From the NCBI GenBank assembly GCA_049322915.1, contig JBMOPW010000034.1:320001-384000 (forward strand): a stretch of DNA of 64,000 nucleotides, read 5' to 3'. Under the pieces are notes generated by a model. It did no database searches. It saw only the letters and a list, made by a program, of their open reading frames with translations, and was not told the DNA's origin. Shown here piece by piece: positions 1 through 8,467 of this stretch. Every line of letters begins with the position of its first letter. The first letter of the stretch is position 1. Origin of the DNA: Candidatus Zhuqueibacterota bacterium (GTDB lineage Bacteria > Zhuqueibacterota > Zhuqueibacteria > Thermofontimicrobiales > Thermofontimicrobiaceae). The translations under genes and the position numbers were made by a program.

Positions 1-1172
1 TAGGCTTCCCGGGTAATGTATTGGTCTTTGATCAGGTCGGCGAGCGCCAGCTTGAACTGCTCCAGGAGCGCTTCACGGCTCGCAACCTCTTTTTCCCGAA
101 AGACAAGTGGATGGGACATCAGCGCGGTTCTGAAATCATTTACAAACCACTGATCGTCATTTATTTTGCAGAAGGGGGATTGTAAAAACTGTTTATCATC
201 AAACGTCAATGCAAAATCATTTGCTTCCGGATCATTTTTTCGTTTCAATGAAATGCCTGACTGATTATTTTCCTGTGTTTGGACAAGCCATGTTTCAAAC
301 ATCCTGAAGATTTTGGGGAACGAATTTTTATCAAATTCAATTTTTTTATGCTGCATTAAATTATTAGTGAAATTCGTCCAGATGGAGCTTGCCTTCATAT
401 TTTTCAATTTATGCGTCACCTCATTCCATCTGGTTTGGGCTTGAATACCGCCCAAAGGTTTTGTGTCTGTCCAACGGATCACTTTAATCACGAGATACTT
501 GTTATAATCCACGGGCAATGGGCCCACAACCTGGCCTGCTGTGATTGGCCGGGTAAATAATGCTTGCTGAACGATATCTGGTGTGTCTGAATCATTCCAT
601 GATAGTTTTCGTTGCGGCGGCTTATCCGCCAAATTGATTTCATCAAAAATTTGTGGTTTTAAATTGGAATGTTCATCAAAGTTTCCTTGCAGAATTCTGG
701 CTTGTGCGCTGTCCAGCGAATAAAATTCCAGATCATATTCCCTGCCAGCCAGGGCAAATGTTTTTACTATCTCAGCCGAATCTAAATTTACTTTATTATA
801 AGCTTCACTATAAAAGAGCATCTCCCGCATGAACTGCTCTTTTCGACCCTTGAGGTAGGCTTGAAATAGCTCCTGATTCAGCAAGGCACTTTCCTGATCC
901 ATCTCAAGTGAAAGCAGCTTCTCAGCAATGAGCGTATTTAATATGATCGCTTTATCCTTGGGTGTGTTGGAGCTGCAATACGGCTGGCGTGGCGTTAATT
1001 CAGCCCGCTCAATAAATTCTTCAGCCGTAATAATTCGGTCCCCAATGATCGCCACAGCCTCAGGTTCAGGGATTTGTTTAGAACACGTCCAAAGCGCAAG
1101 TAAAAGTAACAGGCAAAAAATACTTTTAAAATAAGCTGCAACCCGGAATTTTTTTTTAAATTTTGGAGTCAT
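1..1172 (-). CDS. Lipoprotein, SurA/PrsA-like chaperone or PPIase-related (3' end runs off the window)
   Basis: Not in the ORF track. Manual translation from ATG 1172 gives MTPKFKKKFRVAAYFKSIFCLLLLLALWTC (lipobox-like) followed by AVAIIGDRIITAEEFIERAE...IILNTLIAEKLL, which resembles a SurA N-domain. The frame stays open to position 3. Confidence 0.6.
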   Translation of the reverse strand, partial: MTPKFKKKFRVAAYFKSIFCLLLLLALWTCSKQIPEPEAVAIIGDRIITAEEFIERAELTPRQPYCSSNTPKDKAIILNTLIAEKLLSLEMDQESALLNQELFQAYLKGRKEQFMREMLFYSEAYNKVNLDSAEIVKTFALAGREYDLEFYSLDSAQARILQGNFDEHSNLKPQIFDEINLADKPPQRKLSWNDSDTPDIVQQALFTRPITAGQVVGPLPVDYNKYLVIKVIRWTDTKPLGGIQAQTRWNEVTHKLKNMKASSIWTNFTNNLMQHKKIEFDKNSFPKIFRMFETWLVQTQENNQSGISLKRKNDPEANDFALTFDDKQFLQSPFCKINDDQWFVNDFRTALMSHPLVFREKEVASREALLEQFKLALADLIKDQYITREA

Positions 1173-1210
1173 CAGAATTCACATCATTTGAATTACGTTT
1201 CATTATAATT

Positions 1211-1256
1211 AAAAAGTGAGGATTCCTAAACGAGATGTTTAGGAATCCTGTCACTT
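1211..1256 (-). terminator. Intrinsic terminator after the 586-aa secreted protein
   Basis: Perfect stem AGGATTCCTAAAC-GAGAT-GTTTAGGAATCCT with outer AAGTGA/TCACTT pairing, and a T-run on the minus strand. Confidence 0.75.
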
Positions 1257-1261
1257 GAGTC

Positions 1262-3022
1262 TTACTTCAAATAAAGCATCTTTTTGACTTGCTTGAATGT
1301 TCCGGCATTGATCTCGTAGAAATAAACACCGCCAGCGACCGATTTTCCAAACATGTCGCTTCCATCCCAGGCGATCGTATGTAAGCCTGCTAATTGAGTT
1401 TTATCAACTAACGTTTTGATTTTTTGTCCCAGGAGATTATAGACCGTAAGCTTTACCAATCCAGCCTCGGGCAGGGAATAGGTAATTTCAGTTGTTGGAT
1501 TAAATGGATTGGGGTAGTTTTGCAACAGCTCGAAATCCGCTATTTGGCCAGGTGCATTTACTTCGATGCCTGTATTATATTCTTTGGCAACTTTAATATT
1601 GGATACCATCGCCGGACCCGAGGTCGTGCTATAAAATACCCCCACATTTCGCAAGGAATCCACGCCAATCTGGGCCGTGCGAAATGTATAATCATTCGCC
1701 AGCAGCATTTCAGAACCGTCAGGTGGCGTCACCCAGACATCATACAGGCTGGCGGGGATGTCGCCGCCAATGCGCAGATGATACGGCTTACCCGGCTCAT
1801 AGGGAATATCAACATCTTTGGCATAGGTGTTCCCGTTACGCGCTTTGATAAAATTATCAGCCGCGAATTGAACGAGACAGGCAAAGTCATTGAACTGGGC
1901 TGGGCTATTGCTCTTCGAGATGCCGACGCCGCCGTCAAGGCCTGCACGGAATGGTGTAACATCCAGTTCCACGACAAACGTTTGGGTGAGAAAAACACCC
2001 AAAGGATGATTGTTGGTATAAACCCATTGCTGCGGAAGTTTATGGGTCACGTAAACATTGTACGCTTTGGCGGGTCCGATGCGGGTGTTGTAAAAAGCGC
2101 CCCAATTCCGCAGCGAATCGACGCCGATCTGTGCGGTGCGGAATTGATAGCTATCCGCAATCAGCGTTTCCGCGCCTTCGGGAGGCGTGACCCAAACACT
2201 GTAGGTGCTGGTGAGAATGTCGCCCGAAATTTTAACATGATATATTTTGAATGGCTCGTAGGTGACATCAGCGACTTTGGCATACGTTCCGCCGTTCCGA
2301 ACCTTAATAAAATTATCCGTGGCAAATTGCACCAGACACGCGTAATCGTTCCAGGTGACGGGATTATCGGTTTTGCAGATTCCAATCCCGCCATCGAGCG
2401 CCAGCATCGCTGGCTCTACATCCATCTCCACGGTGAACGAATCTGTCAACGCCATGTTGAGTGAGGTGATATTGGTATGCACCCAGTCGCCCCCCGCGGG
2501 TGAATAGGCGATATAGACATTGGAAACCAGGGGAAAACCAATGGCATCGTCATAAAATAGTCCCCAGTTCCGCAGGGAATCAACCCCAACCTGAGCGGTC
2601 CGAAAGGTGTAATTTGCGGCAAGCTGAGTTTCAGTTCCACCTTCAGGAGTCACCCATACACTATATTTGCTGGTTTTCACATTTCCCGTGATCCGAAAGA
2701 AAAAAGATTCTCCGGGTGTGTAGGGGATATCCACATCCTTGGTATAGCTATCGCCATTGCGGACTTTGAGCACATTGTCGACACTGAACTGCACCAGGGC
2801 GGCATGATCGTTGAACGCCATGGGCGTCGCTGATTTTAACAGAGAAAAACCACCATCCAATGCGGCTAAGGGTGATTGGGCATTCATTTCAACGACAAAC
2901 GAATCAGTGATGGCATAACGCAGGGGAAATGCTTTTTGAATCCAGGCGGAATTAGCCGGCACAACAAAAATAATGCAAATTGCCAGGCTTAAAATTAGCT
3001 GTGAAACAAAACTTTTTTTCAT
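1262..3022 (-). CDS. Secreted protein with three tandem ~150-aa beta-rich repeats and a C-terminal T9SS-type/FlgD-Ig sorting domain
   Basis: Signal peptide; the motif LDGG...ND.A.LVQF..DN..K.RNG..Y....D..Y.P...WVTP..G.E....A..Y.FRTAQ.GVDSLRN.G occurs three times; CTD LLQNYPNPFNPTT...KKMLYLK; RBS AGGAG. Confidence 0.85.
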   Translation of the reverse strand: MKKSFVSQLILSLAICIIFVVPANSAWIQKAFPLRYAITDSFVVEMNAQSPLAALDGGFSLLKSATPMAFNDHAALVQFSVDNVLKVRNGDSYTKDVDIPYTPGESFFFRITGNVKTSKYSVWVTPEGGTETQLAANYTFRTAQVGVDSLRNWGLFYDDAIGFPLVSNVYIAYSPAGGDWVHTNITSLNMALTDSFTVEMDVEPAMLALDGGIGICKTDNPVTWNDYACLVQFATDNFIKVRNGGTYAKVADVTYEPFKIYHVKISGDILTSTYSVWVTPPEGAETLIADSYQFRTAQIGVDSLRNWGAFYNTRIGPAKAYNVYVTHKLPQQWVYTNNHPLGVFLTQTFVVELDVTPFRAGLDGGVGISKSNSPAQFNDFACLVQFAADNFIKARNGNTYAKDVDIPYEPGKPYHLRIGGDIPASLYDVWVTPPDGSEMLLANDYTFRTAQIGVDSLRNVGVFYSTTSGPAMVSNIKVAKEYNTGIEVNAPGQIADFELLQNYPNPFNPTTEITYSLPEAGLVKLTVYNLLGQKIKTLVDKTQLAGLHTIAWDGSDMFGKSVAGGVYFYEINAGTFKQVKKMLYLK

Positions 3023-3201
3023 TGCTGATTCTCCTAAAATTTAGTAAACCACAAACACAGGATTTATCAAAATAAAATTACGTTGCCCTGATAGTTAATC
3101 AAATGAAATAGCACACTTTCAATGATACTACTCCCCCATTCTGTTTAATAACAATTTCCCCGATTGCAACATTTCTCCGTATGCCAGGGAGGTACGCCAG
3201 A

Positions 3202-4269
3202 TTATTTCACCAGCATCATCTTTTTTATCTGAAAAGCTCCTCCAGATTCCAGCTTATAAAAATAGATACCCGATGGCTGGTGTGATGCATCGAAGGTGAT
3301 GTTATGAATTCCAGCCTGAACCATCCCATCAATCAGAGTTGCCACGAGCCGTCCCTGAACATCAAAAATTTGAAGCGTCGCCCGTCCAGGTCGTGACAGA
3401 TTAAAATGAATATGAGTTGTTGGATTGAATGGATTGGGATAATTCTGGGATAGGGAAAATTCAACAGGCGCATGGACTGAATTTTGTGCGACTGACGTGC
3501 TAATTATTTCGTCCAATAAATAAGCTTTGCCAGTAAACAGCGTCGAATCCTCATGTGTGGTGGATGAATCGCTGTTCCATTGGTAAAATGTTTGCGGATA
3601 TTTTTTTTCTCCTGCCAGATCATCATCCCGTCCTCGAAATTCCAATGGAATCCAGCCAGAATCGGGAGCGCCCAAAAAAGCCTGCCACTTAATGAACACT
3701 TCCGCGGTATAAGTATTATTTCCTTCCTCAATCCAGGCGCATTCGATGTCTTCTGGAAAGGTCCACTGCATCTCATAGGAAGCTTTCACTTCAACGGGAT
3801 TCTTGACTATCCAGGCAAATTCCCAGATTTGTTGGGTCTCACCGCCTACCGGGGTTTGCAGATCACTGGTGGTTAGCCAATTGAACGAGTCATCCCGCCA
3901 CCAACGCGGGGTCGGCGTTTGCGAACCGTCCCAATCTGCTGTCCCTTCGTTATCAAATACCAGGATGTCATCGACGATTCGTACCAGAAAATAGATACCA
4001 TCCTCATTCCAGAGAGCGCCAAAATTGATTTTATAATCACTATCAGGCGGATTGGGATCGATTCCATGCGTCGCGGTATAGTCCTTTACTACCGTATTAC
4101 AGGGCTCCATCTGGACCTTGTTCCAGATTTCCTCTACTTGTCCATCGATTTGAATTGGATTGGCAGGATCAACTTTGTAAATATTATAACTTTTCTGCCC
4201 GAATACTGCTGATTGAAAAACAAACACCGCAAGAGTGAAAATTCCGAGAATTTTTAAAATGCATCTCAT
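3202..4269 (-). CDS. Secreted CBM9/DOMON-like sugar-binding protein with C-terminal sorting domain
   Basis: Signal peptide; motifs IQIDGQVEEIW, ALWNEDGIYFLVRIVDD, WRDDS and YTAEVFIKW; CTD SQNYPNPFNPTT...KKMMLVK; RBS GGGAGG. Confidence 0.75.
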   Translation of the reverse strand: MRCILKILGIFTLAVFVFQSAVFGQKSYNIYKVDPANPIQIDGQVEEIWNKVQMEPCNTVVKDYTATHGIDPNPPDSDYKINFGALWNEDGIYFLVRIVDDILVFDNEGTADWDGSQTPTPRWWRDDSFNWLTTSDLQTPVGGETQQIWEFAWIVKNPVEVKASYEMQWTFPEDIECAWIEEGNNTYTAEVFIKWQAFLGAPDSGWIPLEFRGRDDDLAGEKKYPQTFYQWNSDSSTTHEDSTLFTGKAYLLDEIISTSVAQNSVHAPVEFSLSQNYPNPFNPTTHIHFNLSRPGRATLQIFDVQGRLVATLIDGMVQAGIHNITFDASHQPSGIYFYKLESGGAFQIKKMMLVK

Positions 4270-4484
4270 AACAGCCTCCCTACAAATAATTCTTGATTAG
4301 GAAAAGTTAATAAACTTACAACATTTAATAACACTGGTAACTTTAACTTGAATGGATTCACCCCCTTTCAATTTTTAGTTTTTTTTAAAGTTGTGTCCAC
4401 TATCGATCATTGGTTCAATTCGTTTCTCAAATCTTGATCTGGCAAGGTCGAAACCTAAAATCAGCGGATTGATACTGCATCGCT

Positions 4485-4548
4485 AAGTTAATTCTCTTTT
4501 TTAATTTTTGCAAGTCACACGGTTACAAAATTCTGTCACTATGTTACA
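4485..4548 (-). promoter_or_regulatory. Activator-type promoter: direct-repeat operator plus -35/-10 for the leftward genes
   Basis: GTCACACGGTTACA (4514-4527) and GTCACTATGTTACA (4535-4548) lie 21 bp apart and are immediately followed on the minus strand by TTGCAA-17-TAACTT. Confidence 0.7.
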
Positions 4549-4619
4549 CCTTGAATATTTAAGAAGGCTATGAAAAATCAACCAGATTGAATCCGTTCAA
4601 CAGAAAACTATTTTCAATC

Positions 4620-4682
4620 GGTTACGCAGTGACTTGATTTTGTAACGTAATGACATGCAGGATATTTTTTTTTGATTATATT
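4620..4682 (+). promoter_or_regulatory. Activator-type promoter: direct-repeat operator plus -35/-10 for the GH89 operon
   Basis: GGTTACGCAGTGAC (4620-4633) and TGTAACGTAATGAC (4641-4654) lie 21 bp apart, followed by ATGCAG-16-TATATT. Confidence 0.7.
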
Positions 4683-4740
4683 TAGAAGTAAGTATTTAAC
4701 CAGGCAATATAACCAAATACAAAATATCGGAGCAACGAAA

Positions 4741-7353
4741 TTGAGTGCAGGTAATTCGAAACGATTAATTCGACGCTGGCAGCCTTTTATTTTCCCGGTG
4801 ATTTCGATCTTTCTTCTTCCACAATTTAGTCACACGCTCAGCGCACAAAACGAAATTTCAGTGACAGCATCACTCATCGCGCGAATTTTACCAGGCCAAA
4901 GCAATCAGTTCGTTATCGAAGTAATTCCAGCAGAGCAGGGACACGATGTCTTTGAATTGGCCGGGGAAAATGGGAAAATAATCCTGCGGGGAAATTCTGC
5001 TAATTCGTTGGCGGTCGCCCTGAATTGGTATTTGAAATATTTTTGTCTGACTTCTGTCTCCTGGTATGTCGATGTTCCGATCGAGCTGCCCCGTCATTTA
5101 CCGCCTGTCAACCAGACAATCAGAAAAGTAAATTCACAAAAAAACCGCTTCTTCTTTAACTATTGTACCTTTGGCTACACCATGGCATTCTGGCAATGGC
5201 ATGATTGGGAGCGCTTGATCGACTGGATGGCGTTGAACGGAATTAACATGCCGCTGGCAATCACGGGAACCGAATATATCTGGCAGGAAGTCTGGCGCCA
5301 GCATGGTTTTTCGGATGAGGAAATCCGAAGTTTTTTTACCAGTCCAGCCCATCTGCCCTGGTACCACATGTCCATGATTTCCCGCTGGGGTGGACCACTG
5401 CCGCAAAGTTACATCGATCATGGCTTTGCGCTGCAAAAAAAGATTCTGGCGCGTGAGCGGGAGTTGGGAATGACGCCGGTTTTGCCGGCTTTTTCAGGGC
5501 ACGTCCCCAAAGAACTGAAGAATAAATATCCCGAGATCAATATTTCAATTCTGGGAACTGGCTGGCACATGTTCCCCGAAGAAAACTATACTTATTTCCT
5601 CGATCCGTATGATTCGCTCTTTCCGCAAATTCAGCGGCAATTTTTGGAAGCACTGATCAATCATTATGGCACGGATCATATCTATGGCTCGGATCCCTTC
5701 AATGAGGTAACGCCGCCGAGTTGGGAGCCTGCTTACCTAGCAAAAACAGGACAGACCATCTACCATACGATGTCTGCCGTTGATCCCGAAGCGATCTGGT
5801 TGCAAATGGGCTGGTTATTCCACTACGATGCTATTCATTGGACACAGGAGCGAGTGAAGGCGTTATTGACCTCGGTACCCAGGGGGAAGATGATCATCCT
5901 GGATTATTTTTGTGAAAATACCGAAGTCTGGCGCAAGATGGAGTCCTTCTTTGGCGTGCCGTCCATCTGGTGCTACCTGGGTAACTTTGGCGGCCAGACG
6001 GCGATGTCTGGCCCTATTCAGCGAATCGATAGCCTGTTGACAAAGGCGTTTGCGGAAAATGAAAATATGTGCGGCATCGGCTCCACGCTGGAGGGGCTGG
6101 ATGTCAATCCTGTGGTTTATGAGTTTTTGATGGAAAAAGCCTGGCATGATAAAAAGATCGACCTCGGATCCTGGTTTCAAGATTATGCCCGCCGACGCTC
6201 GGGAAGCCATGATCCCGCCATTGAAACGGCCTGGCTGCTGCTGCGGGAAAAAGTTTATGGAAGTGATGACGGCGGGGGCGGCGCTGTTTTTCACTCACGC
6301 CCCAGGCTTTCTGGCAAACATGGCTTTGTTTATCCGAGCCGAAATTATCAGCAGCAAAAATATTATGACATTTGGGCATCTCTGATGAAAGCCGCTGCGC
6401 CTTCGCAGGCGCGCGACAGCTATCAATTTGACCTGGTGAATGTCATCCGACAGTACCTGGCAGAATTGTCGTTGCGCTTGCGGGATGAGATGGATTATGC
6501 TTTTCATGCTCAAAACCAAACCGTATTCCAGCAGGTCGCTGCAGAATTTCTGGCGCTAATCGCCGATCAGGATTTAATTTTAGCGACCCGCCCTGAATTT
6601 TTATTTGGTCAATGGATCAATGACGCCCGGGCGTTAGCGGCAAATGAAACAGAAGCCCGGCTCTACGAAAAAAGCGCCCGCAATCTGGTGACCACCTGGG
6701 GTCCGCCCTATATTCGGCTCACCGAATATTCCAGCAGAGATTGGGCGGGATTGACGAACAGCTATTATCTAAAACGCTGGGAAAAGTTCATCGAAATTCT
6801 GAACCACAATTTAACGACTAAAACAAATTTCAATTCCGAAGCATTCGAACAAAACATGCTGGACTGGGAATGGACCTGGATCAATTCGACCGCATCTTTT
6901 TCGAACGAACCAACTGGCAGCACTTTGACAATTGCCCAAAAATTATTCGAGAAATATTCGTCGCCTGAGTTTATGGAACGACGGCATCCTGTGTCACAAA
7001 AAATCGGCGAATGGAACGAGGAAAAGGTATCCGACCAGTTTGCGGCTGTTGAATGGGATGTGACAGAATTCGTTCAGCAGCCAGGCAATTATCTTGTTAA
7101 ATTCCAATATTATTTGGATAGCAAATCAAAACACGATCTGTTACTCAAATCGGTTGCCCTGGTGCAGGAAGATCAAATCATTGCAGAAGATATTCATGCG
7201 GGAATGACGGGAAGGGATAATCGGAATAACGATAACATTTACTCCCTGTCAGTGGGTGAAGTCAGGCAAGGAGCAAAATATACACTGCGGGCGATTGCCA
7301 GAATGGATGGCGGAATTTGTCGCGGATTTATTCAGATGTATCAGCTCAAGTGA
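4741..7353 (+). CDS. Alpha-N-acetylglucosaminidase, GH89 (NAGLU family), with a C-terminal beta-sandwich extension
   Basis: Motifs NYCTFGYTMAFW, WERLIDWMALNGINMPLA, PVLPAFSGHVP, and catalytic DPFNE and TLEG. Start moved to TTG 4741 (GGAG upstream) because the track start at 4672 overlaps the predicted -10. Confidence 0.93.
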   Translation: MSAGNSKRLIRRWQPFIFPVISIFLLPQFSHTLSAQNEISVTASLIARILPGQSNQFVIEVIPAEQGHDVFELAGENGKIILRGNSANSLAVALNWYLKYFCLTSVSWYVDVPIELPRHLPPVNQTIRKVNSQKNRFFFNYCTFGYTMAFWQWHDWERLIDWMALNGINMPLAITGTEYIWQEVWRQHGFSDEEIRSFFTSPAHLPWYHMSMISRWGGPLPQSYIDHGFALQKKILARERELGMTPVLPAFSGHVPKELKNKYPEINISILGTGWHMFPEENYTYFLDPYDSLFPQIQRQFLEALINHYGTDHIYGSDPFNEVTPPSWEPAYLAKTGQTIYHTMSAVDPEAIWLQMGWLFHYDAIHWTQERVKALLTSVPRGKMIILDYFCENTEVWRKMESFFGVPSIWCYLGNFGGQTAMSGPIQRIDSLLTKAFAENENMCGIGSTLEGLDVNPVVYEFLMEKAWHDKKIDLGSWFQDYARRRSGSHDPAIETAWLLLREKVYGSDDGGGGAVFHSRPRLSGKHGFVYPSRNYQQQKYYDIWASLMKAAAPSQARDSYQFDLVNVIRQYLAELSLRLRDEMDYAFHAQNQTVFQQVAAEFLALIADQDLILATRPEFLFGQWINDARALAANETEARLYEKSARNLVTTWGPPYIRLTEYSSRDWAGLTNSYYLKRWEKFIEILNHNLTTKTNFNSEAFEQNMLDWEWTWINSTASFSNEPTGSTLTIAQKLFEKYSSPEFMERRHPVSQKIGEWNEEKVSDQFAAVEWDVTEFVQQPGNYLVKFQYYLDSKSKHDLLLKSVALVQEDQIIAEDIHAGMTGRDNRNNDNIYSLSVGEVRQGAKYTLRAIARMDGGICRGFIQMYQLK

Positions 7354-7414
7354 GTTGCTGAAAATTTTTTCGCTTAAGGCATCGAATTCAATCTCTAATT
7401 TTCAGGAGTAAACA

Positions 7415-8467
7415 ATGAATCATCTCGAACGCTTTTACGCAACAGTGAATCGGGAACCCGTGGATCGACCGTGTACCTGGCTGGGCGTGCCGCATCCCGC
7501 GTCGCAGCGACAATTGCTCGACTATTTTCAGGTAAATACGGTGCCGGAGTTGAGTATCAAACTGGATGATGATATTATCCCGGTTGAAATCCCGTATCAC
7601 TCGCCAACGTCCGATGCAGTGACGATGGCGTTTGATTTTGCCCAAAAAGGAAAAATTGATATTGACCATCGAACGCTGAATTCACCTGGATTTTTTGAAA
7701 ATAAAACTGATCCTGGCAGCATCGATGAATTTCCCTGGCCCGATCCGACTTTGTACATCGATCCCAGAGAATGTGCAGCCGTCGTTGCCAATCTTGATCA
7801 AAATCACGCCGTGCTGGGTGTGCTCTGGTCGTGCCAATTTCAGGATGCCTGCGCCGCCTTCGGTTTGGAAAACGCCATGGTGACGTTGTACACCGCTCCT
7901 GAAATGTTCAGGGCGATTATTCAGCGGATTTTGCAATTTTATTTAAAAGCCAATGAAATCTTTTACGAAGCAACCCGGGGCAAGCTGCATGCGGTGCTCA
8001 TTGGCGATGATTTTGGCACCCAGAACAACCTGCTGCTAAATCCTGGATTGCTTAAAGAATACGTCTTTCCTGGCTCCAGACAACTGATTGATCAGGCGAA
8101 ATCGTACGGGCTGAAAGTGATTTATCATTCCTGCGGCTCGATTCGGGGAGTCATTCCTGATCTGATTGAATTAGGCGTGGATGTCATTCATCCGATTCAG
8201 GCATTGGCCAGGGGCATGGCGGCGGCAGAGCTGAAGCAGTCTTTTGGCGATAAAGTGGCGTTTTGCGGCGGCGTTGACACCCAAGTGCTGTTGAGCAACG
8301 GAACGCCGCAGCAGGTCGGTGAAGAAGTCATCCGCTTGCGGAAAATTTTTCCGACAGGATTGATCATTTCACCCAGCCACGAAGCATTACTGCCAGACGT
8401 GTCACCTGCCAATGTGGCGGCAATGTTTGAAGCGGCACACAGTAAATTATCTGAATTGAGAGATTGA
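7415..8467 (+). CDS. Uroporphyrinogen-decarboxylase (URO-D/MtaA-CmuA) superfamily protein
   Basis: N-terminal ERF..TVNREPVDRP, GDDFGTQ, YHSCG, HPIQ, FCGGVDTQ and SPSHE motifs; RBS AGGAG. Confidence 0.85.
   Translation: MNHLERFYATVNREPVDRPCTWLGVPHPASQRQLLDYFQVNTVPELSIKLDDDIIPVEIPYHSPTSDAVTMAFDFAQKGKIDIDHRTLNSPGFFENKTDPGSIDEFPWPDPTLYIDPRECAAVVANLDQNHAVLGVLWSCQFQDACAAFGLENAMVTLYTAPEMFRAIIQRILQFYLKANEIFYEATRGKLHAVLIGDDFGTQNNLLLNPGLLKEYVFPGSRQLIDQAKSYGLKVIYHSCGSIRGVIPDLIELGVDVIHPIQALARGMAAAELKQSFGDKVAFCGGVDTQVLLSNGTPQQVGEEVIRLRKIFPTGLIISPSHEALLPDVSPANVAAMFEAAHSKLSELRD

Noticed and set aside
1424..2464. 346-aa plus-strand ORF
   Set aside because: Antisense shadow of the well-supported repeat protein, with no motifs of its own.
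4672..4740. Track N-terminal extensions (GH89; likewise 42789-44015, apt to 45982, M64 to 47892, valS from 47934)
   Set aside because: The extensions overlap predicted promoters or neighbouring genes, and downstream starts have an RBS and give proper N-termini.
7415..8467. hemE assignment
   Set aside because: It lacks the HemE N-terminal WxMRQAGR motif, and the context is sugar catabolism.
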